The notes: generated by a model from the sequence alone, not told the origin. A stretch of 64,000 nucleotides of DNA from Patescibacteria group bacterium (GCA_038062115.1 JBBTXS010000007.1:5448-69447); one strand, 5' to 3'. Shown: positions 37,121-45,810, numbered from the stretch's first letter. A program made the numbers and translations.

Positions 37121-37369
37121 TTTATTTAAACTCTCTTGCCGCCATCTTTCGCCGTCAATAGCTTGTCTCAAATCTTGTATATATTTTTCAGCATCTCCAA
37201 ATAAGCCCACCTTATTTCTGCCTTCTCTTCTAGCAGCATCTCCTGCTTTCAAGGTTATTCCTGTGGGATCAAGACCTAATTTTAAAGCCTTTACGACTAA
37301 ATCCCGTGTTCCCTTAGAGGGAGTGAGTCCTCCAAACATTGCCGTATGACGACCGTTTTCTTTATTCAT
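37106..37369 (-). CDS. hypothetical protein (87 aa)
   Basis: ORF track. Convergent with recJ, overlapping its 3' end by 15 nt. No family recognised. Confidence 0.4.
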   Translation of the reverse strand: MNKENGRHTAMFGGLTPSKGTRDLVVKALKLGLDPTGITLKAGDAARREGRNKVGLFGDAEKYIQDLRQAIDGERWRQESLNKSRPR

Positions 37370-37471
37370 AATTTAGATATTTTAAGGTTATAAGCTGAGT
37401 CTCGCTTGACAATTTGCTGACAAATTCCTGACACAACAAAGTGCTTGTCAAGAGAAGAAAACCAATGTATT

Positions 37472-38875
37472 ATGTATCAAGTATTAAGTATTATGTATCA
37501 AGTATTGAAAAGGACACTTGTAAGCGAAACGCCAACTCTAAGAAATAAAGAAGTTTTAGTGAAAGGCTGGGTTAGAATACGGAGAGATCATGGAAAGTTG
37601 ATTTTTCTTGACATTCGCGATAGGTCGGGTTTAATACAGGTGGTTGTCAATCCAAAAGTTTCAAAAAGCGCTTACCAAGTTGCACAAACCATAAGATCAG
37701 AATTTGTGGTTGAGATTGTTGGAAGAGTAAATAAAAGACCAAAAGAAGCTGTTAATAAGAATTTGCCAACAGGAGGAGTTGAGGTTGAAGCAACAGGAAT
37801 CGTTATACTTTCAAAAGCAGAAACTTTGCCTTTTGATATGGGAGGAGAAGATTTAAAGCTTGAATTGCCAACTCTTTTAGATCATAGATCTTTAACTCTG
37901 CGTCATCCAAAAATAGCTGCCATATTTAAAGTACAGAATGTTATTGTCGATTCTTTCAGAAGATTTATGCAACAGAATGACTTTTTTGAATTCCAATCGC
38001 CACTGATTATTCCAGCTGCTCCAGAGGGAGGAGCAGATGTTTTTGCAGTATCATATTTTGGGCAAAAAGTATACCTTGCGCAAAGTCCCCAGCTTTATAA
38101 GCAAATTTTGGTCGGAGCATTCGAGCGCGTGTTTACAGTTACACAGATTTTTCGGGCGGAACCATCCGTTACTACACGACATTTAGCAGAAGTTACAGTT
38201 TTGGATGCGGAGATGGGATTTATAGAAAGTTGGAAAGATGTAGAAAAAATGGCGGCAGAAACAATTATGTTTATACTAAAGGATATTCAAGAAAAATGCG
38301 CACAAGAACTTAAAATGTACAAAGTGGAGAATCCAAAAGTAAAAGATGAAATCCCATCCCTAAAACTTAGAGAAGCGCAGGAAATTATTTTCAAGCGGAC
38401 AGGGAGAGATAATAGGAGGGAAAAAGATTTATCTCCAGATGATGAGCGAGAAATTTGCAAATGGTCGCTTGAGGAAAAAGAATCAGATCTAGTTTTTGTT
38501 TCGCATTATCCAACTAAATCAAGGCCATTTTATACGTACCCAGACGATGAGGATCCTAAGTTTAATCAAGGCTTTGATTTGTTGGGTAGAGGGTCTGAGT
38601 GGTTGACTGGGGGCAGAAGAATTAATGACTACAAAACACTGATTAATCACGCCATCGAATGGGGGATAGATCCAAAGAAAATAAAACTATATTTAGATTC
38701 ATTTAAATATGGTATGCCGAGAGAGGGAGGATTCTCTTTTGGGACGGAGAGAATTACAATGCAAACGTTAGGACTTGCAAATATTCGGGAAGCAAGTCTT
38801 TTTCCACGAGACATGGAGCGGGTCGATGAAAGATTTTCAAAAATTGATCAAAAAAGCAAAAAGACTTCTACATAA
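37472..38875 (+). CDS. aspS: aspartyl-tRNA synthetase, archaeal/eukaryotic type
   Basis: OB-fold GWVRIRRDHGKLIFLDIRDRSG, QSPQLYKQ, FRAEPSVTTRHLAEV, GGFSFGTERI. The start is ambiguous (ATG 37472 or 37493) because of a 21-bp tandem duplication. The ORF track start 37445 is TTG. Confidence 0.85.
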   Translation: MYQVLSIMYQVLKRTLVSETPTLRNKEVLVKGWVRIRRDHGKLIFLDIRDRSGLIQVVVNPKVSKSAYQVAQTIRSEFVVEIVGRVNKRPKEAVNKNLPTGGVEVEATGIVILSKAETLPFDMGGEDLKLELPTLLDHRSLTLRHPKIAAIFKVQNVIVDSFRRFMQQNDFFEFQSPLIIPAAPEGGADVFAVSYFGQKVYLAQSPQLYKQILVGAFERVFTVTQIFRAEPSVTTRHLAEVTVLDAEMGFIESWKDVEKMAAETIMFILKDIQEKCAQELKMYKVENPKVKDEIPSLKLREAQEIIFKRTGRDNRREKDLSPDDEREICKWSLEEKESDLVFVSHYPTKSRPFYTYPDDEDPKFNQGFDLLGRGSEWLTGGRRINDYKTLINHAIEWGIDPKKIKLYLDSFKYGMPREGGFSFGTERITMQTLGLANIREASLFPRDMERVDERFSKIDQKSKKTST

Positions 38876-39794
38876 GCCGGTGGAAGCAAAAGGCATACTT
38901 CAACACGCAGTACTACCGATTTATGCTATTGTTTTATTTGTAATTCTTGTTATAGATATTAGTGTACAGCAATATAATTACTCTAATAAAATAATTCCAT
39001 CGCCAATTTACCCTGAGGTTTCGTATTATCCAATTCTAACGGAGAGTTTAAAACCAAATATTTCTGCAAAAGCAGCAATTGTTATGGATAATGACTCGAA
39101 AGTTATATTATTTGCTAAAAATCCAAAATTGTTGTTTTCTATGGCGTCCACTACAAAAATAATGACAGCATTAGTTGCTATGGATTACTATAGTTTGGAC
39201 GACGTATTAACTGTAAAAACAACAGGAGCCGGCGGAATAACAATAGGTCTTAAAAAAGGACAAAGAATATTATTTAAAGACTTATTGCATGCAATGCTTC
39301 TGCCTTCAAGCAATGACGCAGCTTTAACTTTGGCTCAAAATTATAGTGGCGGCGAAAAAGCATTTATAAATAAAATGAACGAATATGCGAGACTTTTACA
39401 CCTTTTTAATACTAGCTTTGCTGATCCTGCCGGTTTACTAGATGGAGAGGATTATACAACGCCTCTAGATCTAGCAAGACTGGCATCAATTGCTTTAAAA
39501 AACAAAATGTTTGCTCAAATAGTTGCTACAAAACATAAAATAATTTCTGACGTTGACGGATTTAATTATTCCATTTTTAATTTAAATAAGTTGTTGGGAA
39601 TAGATGGAATAAATGGAGTAAAAACTGGATTTACAGATGAAGCAGGAGAAGTTTTGGTTACATCAAAAAAGACTCGTGATGGACATATGCTTATTGCTGT
39701 TGTTATGAACAGTGAAGATAGATTTTTGGATACAAAAATACTGTTAAATTATGTTTCGGGAAATATTAAGTATTTAGACACACACAATTTTTAA
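38826..39794 (+). CDS. D-alanyl-D-alanine carboxypeptidase (peptidase S11)
   Basis: SxxK (SMASTTK), SxN (PSSND) and KTG (VKTGFT) motifs. ATG 38826 overlaps the aspS 3' end. Confidence 0.75.
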   Translation: MKDFQKLIKKAKRLLHKPVEAKGILQHAVLPIYAIVLFVILVIDISVQQYNYSNKIIPSPIYPEVSYYPILTESLKPNISAKAAIVMDNDSKVILFAKNPKLLFSMASTTKIMTALVAMDYYSLDDVLTVKTTGAGGITIGLKKGQRILFKDLLHAMLLPSSNDAALTLAQNYSGGEKAFINKMNEYARLLHLFNTSFADPAGLLDGEDYTTPLDLARLASIALKNKMFAQIVATKHKIISDVDGFNYSIFNLNKLLGIDGINGVKTGFTDEAGEVLVTSKKTRDGHMLIAVVMNSEDRFLDTKILLNYVSGNIKYLDTHNF

Positions 39795-39816
39795 TTTCTT
39801 GTAACTTCAATGGGAA

Positions 39817-40872
39817 TTATCTCCCATCTTCATTTACCCATTCCTCTTTAACCGCAGAAATATATGCAAAAAAATCGTTATCTCCTTCAAAAATAATTAT
39901 TGGCATTAGATATTTTTGCTCTTCTTTTCCTAAATAGTAGGCAAGAGCCATATTTTTTATAGCAACATTTATGTCTTTTCCAGCAAAGGAAGAAATATAT
40001 GCTTTTCCCTGTTTTAATTCCAAAAAAGCGTTGGATGCAGACTTAATTGGATATGTGGCAGATTCATTTGATATATTTTTGTAAGAATATAAAGCCTCAA
40101 CAACTTGAGGGTTATCCTGTCCTCCAGAAATTAGTAAATTAATGGTTGATGATATAGGCTTAGGATAATATATGGGCAGTTTATCTATGTTGTTCTGAAA
40201 AAAATCAACCCTTATTATTTGTGCTTTAGAAATACTGGTTGAAGGTATAATTGTATAGTTTTTAATTGTATGATAGCTCGTTTTTGTTTTTGTAGTGTTA
40301 ATGTCGTTTGGAAAAGACGACAGACTCTCAAGGAACGTTTTGGCAATATTTATAGCCTCACTCTCGTTTGGAAGATTTATGCCTGATTGAATTGTTGGAT
40401 CTGTAACAAATGACGAAGAGAATGTAAAATCAGAAGATAGGATATTAAATGCTATTTTTCTAAGTAGTGTAGTTCTGTCTATCCACTGATAAGTGTTTTC
40501 CGAAATAAGAGACTTTTGAGTGCCAAAACCAAGCTTAGAAACTTTGTCTTGAGCCTTTTCTAGAGAAAGAAAATCTGCTCTGTTGGGAGTAATTTTGTAT
40601 ATTTTTGCCCTATCTGGAAATATAGGGAGAGTCCCAGAAATTGTGTCGAGTGTATACTTTAATACTTTATCGGTTGCATTTGTTGGAAATTTAAGCGCTT
40701 CAAGTTTGCCAAAAGACACAGTTGGCGGAGGGGGTGGGGTTGGATAAAATTTTTCCTTAATTACAGGCCCAATTTTTGCAACTATAAAAACAATAAGCAG
40801 TGTTGATATTATGATAGAGCCCCATTTAATTATAAATTTTGTTTCTGAGGTAACTTTACTTAGAGTTGCCAT
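39817..40872 (-). CDS. membrane-anchored hypothetical protein
   Basis: ORF track 351 aa. N-terminal TM followed by PPPPP. Confidence 0.5.
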   Translation of the reverse strand: MATLSKVTSETKFIIKWGSIIISTLLIVFIVAKIGPVIKEKFYPTPPPPPTVSFGKLEALKFPTNATDKVLKYTLDTISGTLPIFPDRAKIYKITPNRADFLSLEKAQDKVSKLGFGTQKSLISENTYQWIDRTTLLRKIAFNILSSDFTFSSSFVTDPTIQSGINLPNESEAINIAKTFLESLSSFPNDINTTKTKTSYHTIKNYTIIPSTSISKAQIIRVDFFQNNIDKLPIYYPKPISSTINLLISGGQDNPQVVEALYSYKNISNESATYPIKSASNAFLELKQGKAYISSFAGKDINVAIKNMALAYYLGKEEQKYLMPIIIFEGDNDFFAYISAVKEEWVNEDGR

Positions 40873-40886
40873 AACTTAAATACTAA

Positions 40887-40971
40887 TTTGTCATTCCGAG
40901 CGAGCCAAGTCTGACTTGGCGAGTCGAGGAATCTCTTTGCAGGGGATTTCTCGACAAGCTCGAAATGACAA
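40887..40971. repeat. hairpin repeat, close relative of the 33511..33621 MITE core
   Basis: TTTGTCATTCCGAGCGAGCCAAGTCTGACTTGGCGAGTCGAGGAATCTCTTTGCAGGGGATTTCTCGACAAGCTCGAAATGACAA. Also shares flanking AAATACT.A and ATTAT with the 33.5-kb copy. Confidence 0.8.
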
Positions 40972-41023
40972 TTATTCCCAATCATACCTTGAGTATAGGG
41001 AAAAGTTGAGGTACAATGCAAGT

Positions 41024-42256
41024 ATGATTAGAGTAAGAATAGCGCCAAGTCCAACAGGCATTCCTCATATTGGCAATACAAGAACTGCACTTTTTAATTA
41101 TTTGTTTGCTAGACGCAATAAGGGTAAATTTATTTTGCGTATAGAAGATACCGATCAAAAAAGGGTCGTTCCTGGTGCAGAAGAGGCAATTTATGAAATT
41201 CTTGAATGGTTGGGATTACATGTTGATGCGAAATTTAAACAATCAGAAAGGCTAGATCTCTACAAAGAAGCCTCACAGATTTTGCTTAGACAAAAAAATG
41301 CGCGAATGGAGGAAGGTGCAGTTCGATTCATTGTTCCAAAGGGACGGGTTATCGAGTGGGTAGACATGGTTGGCAATAAGAATATTTCATTCAAAAGTGA
41401 CGATATCGAAGATTTTATTGTTCTTAAATCCGATGGTTATCCAACGTACCATTTAGCAAATATAGTTGATGATCATTTAATGGAGATATCTCATGTTATA
41501 CGAGGGGACGAATGGATTTCTTCAACCCCCAAACATATTTTGCTTTATGAATCTTTAGGCTGGGATCAGCCTATATTTGCCCACCTTCCTGTTATTTTAG
41601 GTCCAGATAAAACTAAATTATCTAAACGACACGGTGCCAAATCGGTTCTTGATTATAGAAATGAAGGAATTCTTAAAGAAGCGCTTTTAAATTTTATGGC
41701 TTTTTTGGGCTGGGCGACTAAGGGAGACAAAGAAATATTGTCAATTGCTGAGATTATAGCTCTTTTTGACTTGAAAGATGTAAATACAAATCCTCCAATT
41801 TTTAATATCGATAAACTTTTGTGGTTTAATGGCCATTATATTCGAACAATGCCTGTTCACAAATTAGTATCAAGCATTAAGCATCAGGTATTAAACATGA
41901 GGGATAAAGATAATGAATTGATTAAAAAAATTGTTCCTTTAGCTCAAACACGCATGAAAACGTTGAAAGATTTTGTTCAACTCGCAGCACATTTTTTTGA
42001 AGAGCCAAAGACAGAGTTAAGTCAGAAAGAGAAAATGATTGCAGACCAACTTACAAAGCGTTTTTCAACAATGGAACAATGGAACAATGGAACAATTCTT
42101 GTAGCAATAAAAAATGTTATGGCAAGCGAGAATGTACGAATGCCAATTATTTACAAAATAATCACTGGTCAAGATAGGGGTTTACCACTGCCCGAGTCAA
42201 TTGAGATTTTAGGAAAAGAGAAAACTTTAGAAAGACTTAAAAGATTAATATCATGA
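41024..42256 (+). CDS. gltX: glutamyl-tRNA synthetase
   Basis: RIAPSPTGIPHIGNTR (HIGH) and KLSKRHG (KMSKS). The ORF track start 40916 (TTG) lies inside a hairpin repeat; the real ATG is at 41024. Confidence 0.9.
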   Translation: MIRVRIAPSPTGIPHIGNTRTALFNYLFARRNKGKFILRIEDTDQKRVVPGAEEAIYEILEWLGLHVDAKFKQSERLDLYKEASQILLRQKNARMEEGAVRFIVPKGRVIEWVDMVGNKNISFKSDDIEDFIVLKSDGYPTYHLANIVDDHLMEISHVIRGDEWISSTPKHILLYESLGWDQPIFAHLPVILGPDKTKLSKRHGAKSVLDYRNEGILKEALLNFMAFLGWATKGDKEILSIAEIIALFDLKDVNTNPPIFNIDKLLWFNGHYIRTMPVHKLVSSIKHQVLNMRDKDNELIKKIVPLAQTRMKTLKDFVQLAAHFFEEPKTELSQKEKMIADQLTKRFSTMEQWNNGTILVAIKNVMASENVRMPIIYKIITGQDRGLPLPESIEILGKEKTLERLKRLIS

Positions 42257-42840
42257 TTTATTTTGCAAAAGCAGTTTCTATCATTTTTCATCCTGCTATA
42301 CTTATTTTGTTTCTTCCTTTTTTAGTAGTTTATAGACAGACAGAAAGTAGTTTTTACGCTTTAAAATGGCAGATTTTTTCTGCGCTTTTTGTCTTTTTAG
42401 CTGGACTTTTGGTTTTTTTAGGTGAAGCCGCAGGAGTTTTTTCGGATTCAGATTTAACAAAAAGAAATGAGAGAAATAAATTTTACACAATGGTTATTAT
42501 TTTATTGGCTTTATATATTGTTGCTGTTGTGTTTTTTAAAGGAATATTTTCGCCGCTTGTTATTATTTCTTTCGGAATCCTTTTTGGGGTAGTGCTTTTT
42601 ACTATCGCAAACCATCTTATTAAAATTAGCATTCACTCTGGCGCGGTTTGTGCTTTTGTAATAAGTTTAGGTATTCTTTATGGAATAAACATTTTTTTTG
42701 CTGTAGTATGGATTGTGCCCCTTACGATATGGGCAAGAATAATGCTAAAAAGACATACCATTTATGAGGCTATTTCGGGAGGTACTCTTGGTGGAATTAT
42801 TACAATTGTTACTTATTTAATAGGTAAAAATTTTTTATAA
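42253..42840 (+). CDS. integral membrane protein (about 6 TM)
   Basis: ORF track 195 aa, polytopic. Overlaps the gltX stop. Confidence 0.5.
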   Translation: MIYFAKAVSIIFHPAILILFLPFLVVYRQTESSFYALKWQIFSALFVFLAGLLVFLGEAAGVFSDSDLTKRNERNKFYTMVIILLALYIVAVVFFKGIFSPLVIISFGILFGVVLFTIANHLIKISIHSGAVCAFVISLGILYGINIFFAVVWIVPLTIWARIMLKRHTIYEAISGGTLGGIITIVTYLIGKNFL

Positions 42841-42844
42841 AGAT

Positions 42845-43213
42845 ATGATTAATCACAAAACATTGCTTAAGTCCTTTATATATTCTTTTGAAGGCGTATT
42901 TCACGCAATTCGTTACAACCAAAACATGAGAATCCATATTATAGCTGCAATACTTGTTATTATAGCAAGTTTAATACTTAAGGTTACTCCGTTTGAAATG
43001 GGAATTCTTGGAATTATGATTTTACTTGTTATAATGGCAGAAATGATAAATACAGCAATTGAAGAGATGGTTGATCTTATTGTTACCGAGCATAAGCGGC
43101 AAGCAAAGATTGCCAAAGATGTTGCATCGGGCATGGTTTTGGTGGCAGCGATGGGATCAGTTATAGTTGGCATCCTTATATTTACTCCATATATATTAAA
43201 GATATTTAGATAG
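42845..43213 (+). CDS. dgkA: diacylglycerol/undecaprenol kinase family protein
   Basis: 122 aa. FEGVFHAIRYNQNMRIH and AEMINTAIEEMVDL motifs. Confidence 0.8.
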   Translation: MINHKTLLKSFIYSFEGVFHAIRYNQNMRIHIIAAILVIIASLILKVTPFEMGILGIMILLVIMAEMINTAIEEMVDLIVTEHKRQAKIAKDVASGMVLVAAMGSVIVGILIFTPYILKIFR

Positions 43214-43214
43214 T

Positions 43215-44096
43215 TTATTTCGATCGAATATGCTCTCGAACAATAAAAAAAGAGGTAAACATTACTATTATCGCCCCAAGTATCTGAACAAAGCTTAGGC
43301 TTTCTTTAAGAAGAAGGTAGGCAACTGGAGCGCCAAGAATTGGGCCAATGTATCTTAATGCCGATACTATCCATCCTTTTACAGTTTTTAAAGATGTATA
43401 CCATAGAGTTAAGCCAATTACATTAAATAAAATTACATATACTAGAAGATAAACCCACCCTAATGGATTAACAAGTTTGTTTACAGAGGAAAACGCCATC
43501 AGTGGCAATAAGATTAAGCCTGCTATTCCCATAGAAATAGCATTGCTGTAGATTGGTCCAATATTTTCTGCCAAACGTTTCCCAAAACTATAAGAAGAAG
43601 CAAATAATGCCATGGAAACAATAATAAATAAATCGCCAATTTGAGCTCTATTTACAATACTTAAATTTCCTCCAGTCGATAGAATAATTGCTCCAACTAA
43701 GTGCACTAGTAATAAGAAAAGATGCTTTGGCTTAACCTTTTCTTTATAGACAATCCAAGCAAGAATTAAAACAAAATAAGGTTCAATCTTTGTAAGAAAA
43801 ATTGCTTTTACTGCTTGAGTTTGGCTAAGCCCAAAAGTCAAAAATATCTCTCCAAGCAAACCTCTAAATAATACTACTAGTAAAAGATCTTTTCTGTTTG
43901 CTTTAAGTTTTTGAACAGTAATTTTCTCCTGAAATAATTTGGCAAGAAAGAATAGAATAGTGCTTCCGATTATTCCTCCAAGAACAATTACAACAAGAGG
44001 CGACAAAGCTTTGGCAGCACCAGTTTTAAAAATGGTTGCAACGCTTGAGAAAAATGGAGAAAGAATAGCAAAAAGAATTCCGTAATGTTTATTCAT
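43215..44096 (-). CDS. EamA/DMT family transporter
   Basis: 293 aa, 10 TM, two EamA-like halves. Confidence 0.75.
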   Translation of the reverse strand: MNKHYGILFAILSPFFSSVATIFKTGAAKALSPLVVIVLGGIIGSTILFFLAKLFQEKITVQKLKANRKDLLLVVLFRGLLGEIFLTFGLSQTQAVKAIFLTKIEPYFVLILAWIVYKEKVKPKHLFLLLVHLVGAIILSTGGNLSIVNRAQIGDLFIIVSMALFASSYSFGKRLAENIGPIYSNAISMGIAGLILLPLMAFSSVNKLVNPLGWVYLLVYVILFNVIGLTLWYTSLKTVKGWIVSALRYIGPILGAPVAYLLLKESLSFVQILGAIIVMFTSFFIVREHIRSK

Positions 44097-44233
44097 TCAG
44101 TTCTTTATTATAGCAGCATGGAAAGAAGCATAAAAATTCTAGTGCATTCCTTAGACAACTTTTTTATGCGATCGCATAAAAAAGTTGTCACAAGAATTGT
44201 AGTTAATTGGCATATTTGATAGAATTAAAACCT

Positions 44234-44256
44234 ATTGCCGGATCATCTAATGGTAG
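44234..44256 (+). other. pseudo-tRNA: duplicated 5' fragment of tRNA-Gln
   Basis: ATTGCCGGATCATCTAATGGTAG versus the genuine ATTGCCGAGTCGTCTAATGGTAG at 44981-45003 (20/23). The D-stem can no longer pair. Confidence 0.55.
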
Positions 44257-44285
44257 TCAGATCATTTTTATGATAAAATTACAGC

Positions 44286-44975
44286 GTGAATCATGATAGT
44301 CTTAATTCTTTAAGATCAAAGAAGATATCAGAAACATTTAGGAAGAGGAAAATTGACAATTTTAAAAAGTGGCGTGAAGAAATGAAAAGGACAGGCAGAA
44401 CGCCTAGATACCTATCATTTATTAGATCAAAAGATTTAGCTGAATATATTGGTGTCGTACTTGGAGACGGCAATATTAGTAGCTTTCCAAGAACTGAAAG
44501 GCTCATAATAGTTGGTAATCTTAATAATGCTGGTTTTATTCGACAGTATAGTTTATTGACTGAAAAAATTTTTGGAAAAATTCCAACAGCTACAAAGATA
44601 TCAGGCAGTAACGCTATTAGAATAAGTATTTATCAAAAATTCATATCGAAAAGGTTAAACATTCCATCAGGAGATAGGGCAAAATATATTTTTAAAATTC
44701 CTGCATGGATATTAGGCAATAAGAATTATATAGTTAGTCTTTTGAAAGGTTTATTTGAAGCGGAAGGGTCCTTGTCTATCCATAAAAAAACATGCACGTA
44801 TAACTTTCAGTTCAAGAATAGTAATCAAAGTTTACTAAAGACAGTTGCAGATAGCTTAATATATTTAGGGTTTCACCCTGAAATAAGAACAAACTGCACT
44901 AGATTAAGAAGAAAAAAAGAAGTAGAATCCTTTAAGTACTTAATTAAATTCAGAGAATATCGATCATCCATCTAA
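44286..44975 (+). CDS. free-standing double-motif LAGLIDADG homing endonuclease
   Basis: LAEYIGVVLGDGNIS and LLKGLFEAEGSLS motifs. GTG start. Ends 7 nt before tRNA-Gln. Confidence 0.75.
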   Translation: MNHDSLNSLRSKKISETFRKRKIDNFKKWREEMKRTGRTPRYLSFIRSKDLAEYIGVVLGDGNISSFPRTERLIIVGNLNNAGFIRQYSLLTEKIFGKIPTATKISGSNAIRISIYQKFISKRLNIPSGDRAKYIFKIPAWILGNKNYIVSLLKGLFEAEGSLSIHKKTCTYNFQFKNSNQSLLKTVADSLIYLGFHPEIRTNCTRLRRKKEVESFKYLIKFREYRSSI

Positions 44976-44982
44976 TTAAGAT

Positions 44983-45056
44983 TGCCGAGTCGTCTAATGG
45001 TAGGACACGACCCTCTGGAGGTCGCTATTGGGGTTCGAATCCCTGCTCGGCAGCCA
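44983..45056 (+). tRNA. tRNA-Gln (anticodon CTG), CCA encoded
   Basis: Hand-folded cloverleaf: acceptor TGCCGAG/CTCGGCA, anticodon arm CGACC-CTCTGGA-GGTCG, T arm TGGGG-TTCGAAT-CCCTG, discriminator G, then CCA. Confidence 0.85.
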
Positions 45057-45084
45057 GTAAAGAGAGGAAAGCCGTTGAGAGGTA

Positions 45085-45116
45085 GCGCTTTCCGCGCCCA
45101 CCTCCGCGGAAAGCGC
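45085..45116 (+). terminator. 12-bp perfect GC-rich hairpin downstream of tRNA-Gln
   Basis: GCGCTTTCCGCG-cccacctc-CGCGGAAAGCGC with a T-run 10 nt later. Could be a terminator or part of the element-end homology. Confidence 0.4.
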
Positions 45117-45208
45117 GTCAAATCCGCCTTTTTTGAAACTTGCGGACAGCCGCCGGAAAAAGAAGGAAGAAAAAACGCAAAAATTTTAAATAACTTTCTA
45201 TTAACTCA

Positions 45209-45297
45209 AATGGCCGCTCTGGTTGTACTCAACTCGGATTGCTCCAAATTGTCCAAAGCGGCCATTAAAAAAGCAATCCGAACAAGTTGAGTACAAC
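45209..45297 (+). ncRNA. candidate structured RNA / nested inverted repeat
   Basis: 21-bp stem 45222-45242 / 45273-45297 with a 4-nt bulge. The 10-nt AATGGCCGCT (45209-45218) is complementary to AGCGGCCATT (45257-45266) in the apical loop. Confidence 0.35.
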
Positions 45298-45375
45298 TAC
45301 AATATACAAAATTGTTGAAACAAAAACAACACCAACACTTGCACAAATTTAGAAAAATTGATAAAATACAAGCAT

Positions 45376-45807
45376 ATGACGCAAGCTGATGAATTAACAA
45401 ATAAGTTTGTAGCTGTACTCAACAAGAAAATTCCTGTTGGCGTTTTAATGAATGCGTTGGGGCATATGTCAGCCGGTCTTTCAGCTATCTTTCCTAATTT
45501 GGCTGAAATGCGATTTGATTCTTACTTCGACCAAAATGGCGGCGAGCATAAAAGTATATCCGATCACCCATTTATTATCCTTTCCGCGGATAATTCAAAC
45601 CAAATTAGAGTACTCAGGAAAGAGCTAATTTCAACAAACATTCATTTTGTTGATTTTACAAACACAATGACTGTTGGAACATATGCGGAACAAAAAGAAA
45701 GAACAAAAAATACCCCTGAGGAACAACTGGAGTATTACGGTATTTGTATGTTTGGTAACATAGCAACACTTAACCAGCTCAATCGAAAATTTTCTCTTTG
45801 GAAATAA
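45376..45807 (+). CDS. DUF2000 domain protein
   Basis: KFVAVLNKKIPVGVLMNALGHMSAGL pattern. ATG at 45376 (the ORF track start 45358 is TTG). Confidence 0.6.
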   Translation: MTQADELTNKFVAVLNKKIPVGVLMNALGHMSAGLSAIFPNLAEMRFDSYFDQNGGEHKSISDHPFIILSADNSNQIRVLRKELISTNIHFVDFTNTMTVGTYAEQKERTKNTPEEQLEYYGICMFGNIATLNQLNRKFSLWK

Positions 45808-45810
45808 TTT

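Noticed and set aside
4311-40971. Possibility that the recurrent hairpin repeats form a CRISPR array
   Set aside because: The copies are not regularly spaced and are 55-111 bp long and internally palindromic. They are dispersed over 37 kb in both intergenic and coding DNA. No cas1 or cas2 genes are present.
40916-41023. 36-aa N-terminal extension of GltX; likewise 33313..33345 on the ABC ATPase and 33769..33816 on the GIY-YIG gene
   Set aside because: The extensions start at non-ATG codons or inside hairpin repeats and translate repeat sequence (ASRGISLQGISRQARND, LRHFVPRNDK, SLRAPKRSNL). Conserved N-termini begin at the internal Met.
42069-42096. 8-bp tandem repeat (CAATGGAA x3.5) inside gltX as a phase-variation switch
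   Set aside because: An essential single-copy aaRS is an unlikely phase-variable gene. Three units happen to preserve the frame (TMEQWNNGT). I regard it as a neutral slippage product.
44100-45056. tRNA-Gln interrupted by a LAGLIDADG-containing group I intron
   Set aside because: The downstream tRNA is complete on its own. The upstream fragment matches only the first ~23 nt and stops before the anticodon arm. No P4-P6 or P3-P9-like core was evident by eye.
44982-45290. 102-aa ORF on the + strand
   Set aside because: It runs straight through tRNA-Gln and the GC-rich hairpins downstream, which makes it an artefact. The antisense ORF 45206..45400 is rejected for the same reason.
45222-45297. 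Integron attC site (GTTGTAC ... GTACAAC ends)
   Set aside because: The ends do not fit the RYYYAAC/GTTRRRY cores, and the orientation logic fails because the ends are simply a palindrome. No integron integrase is nearby.
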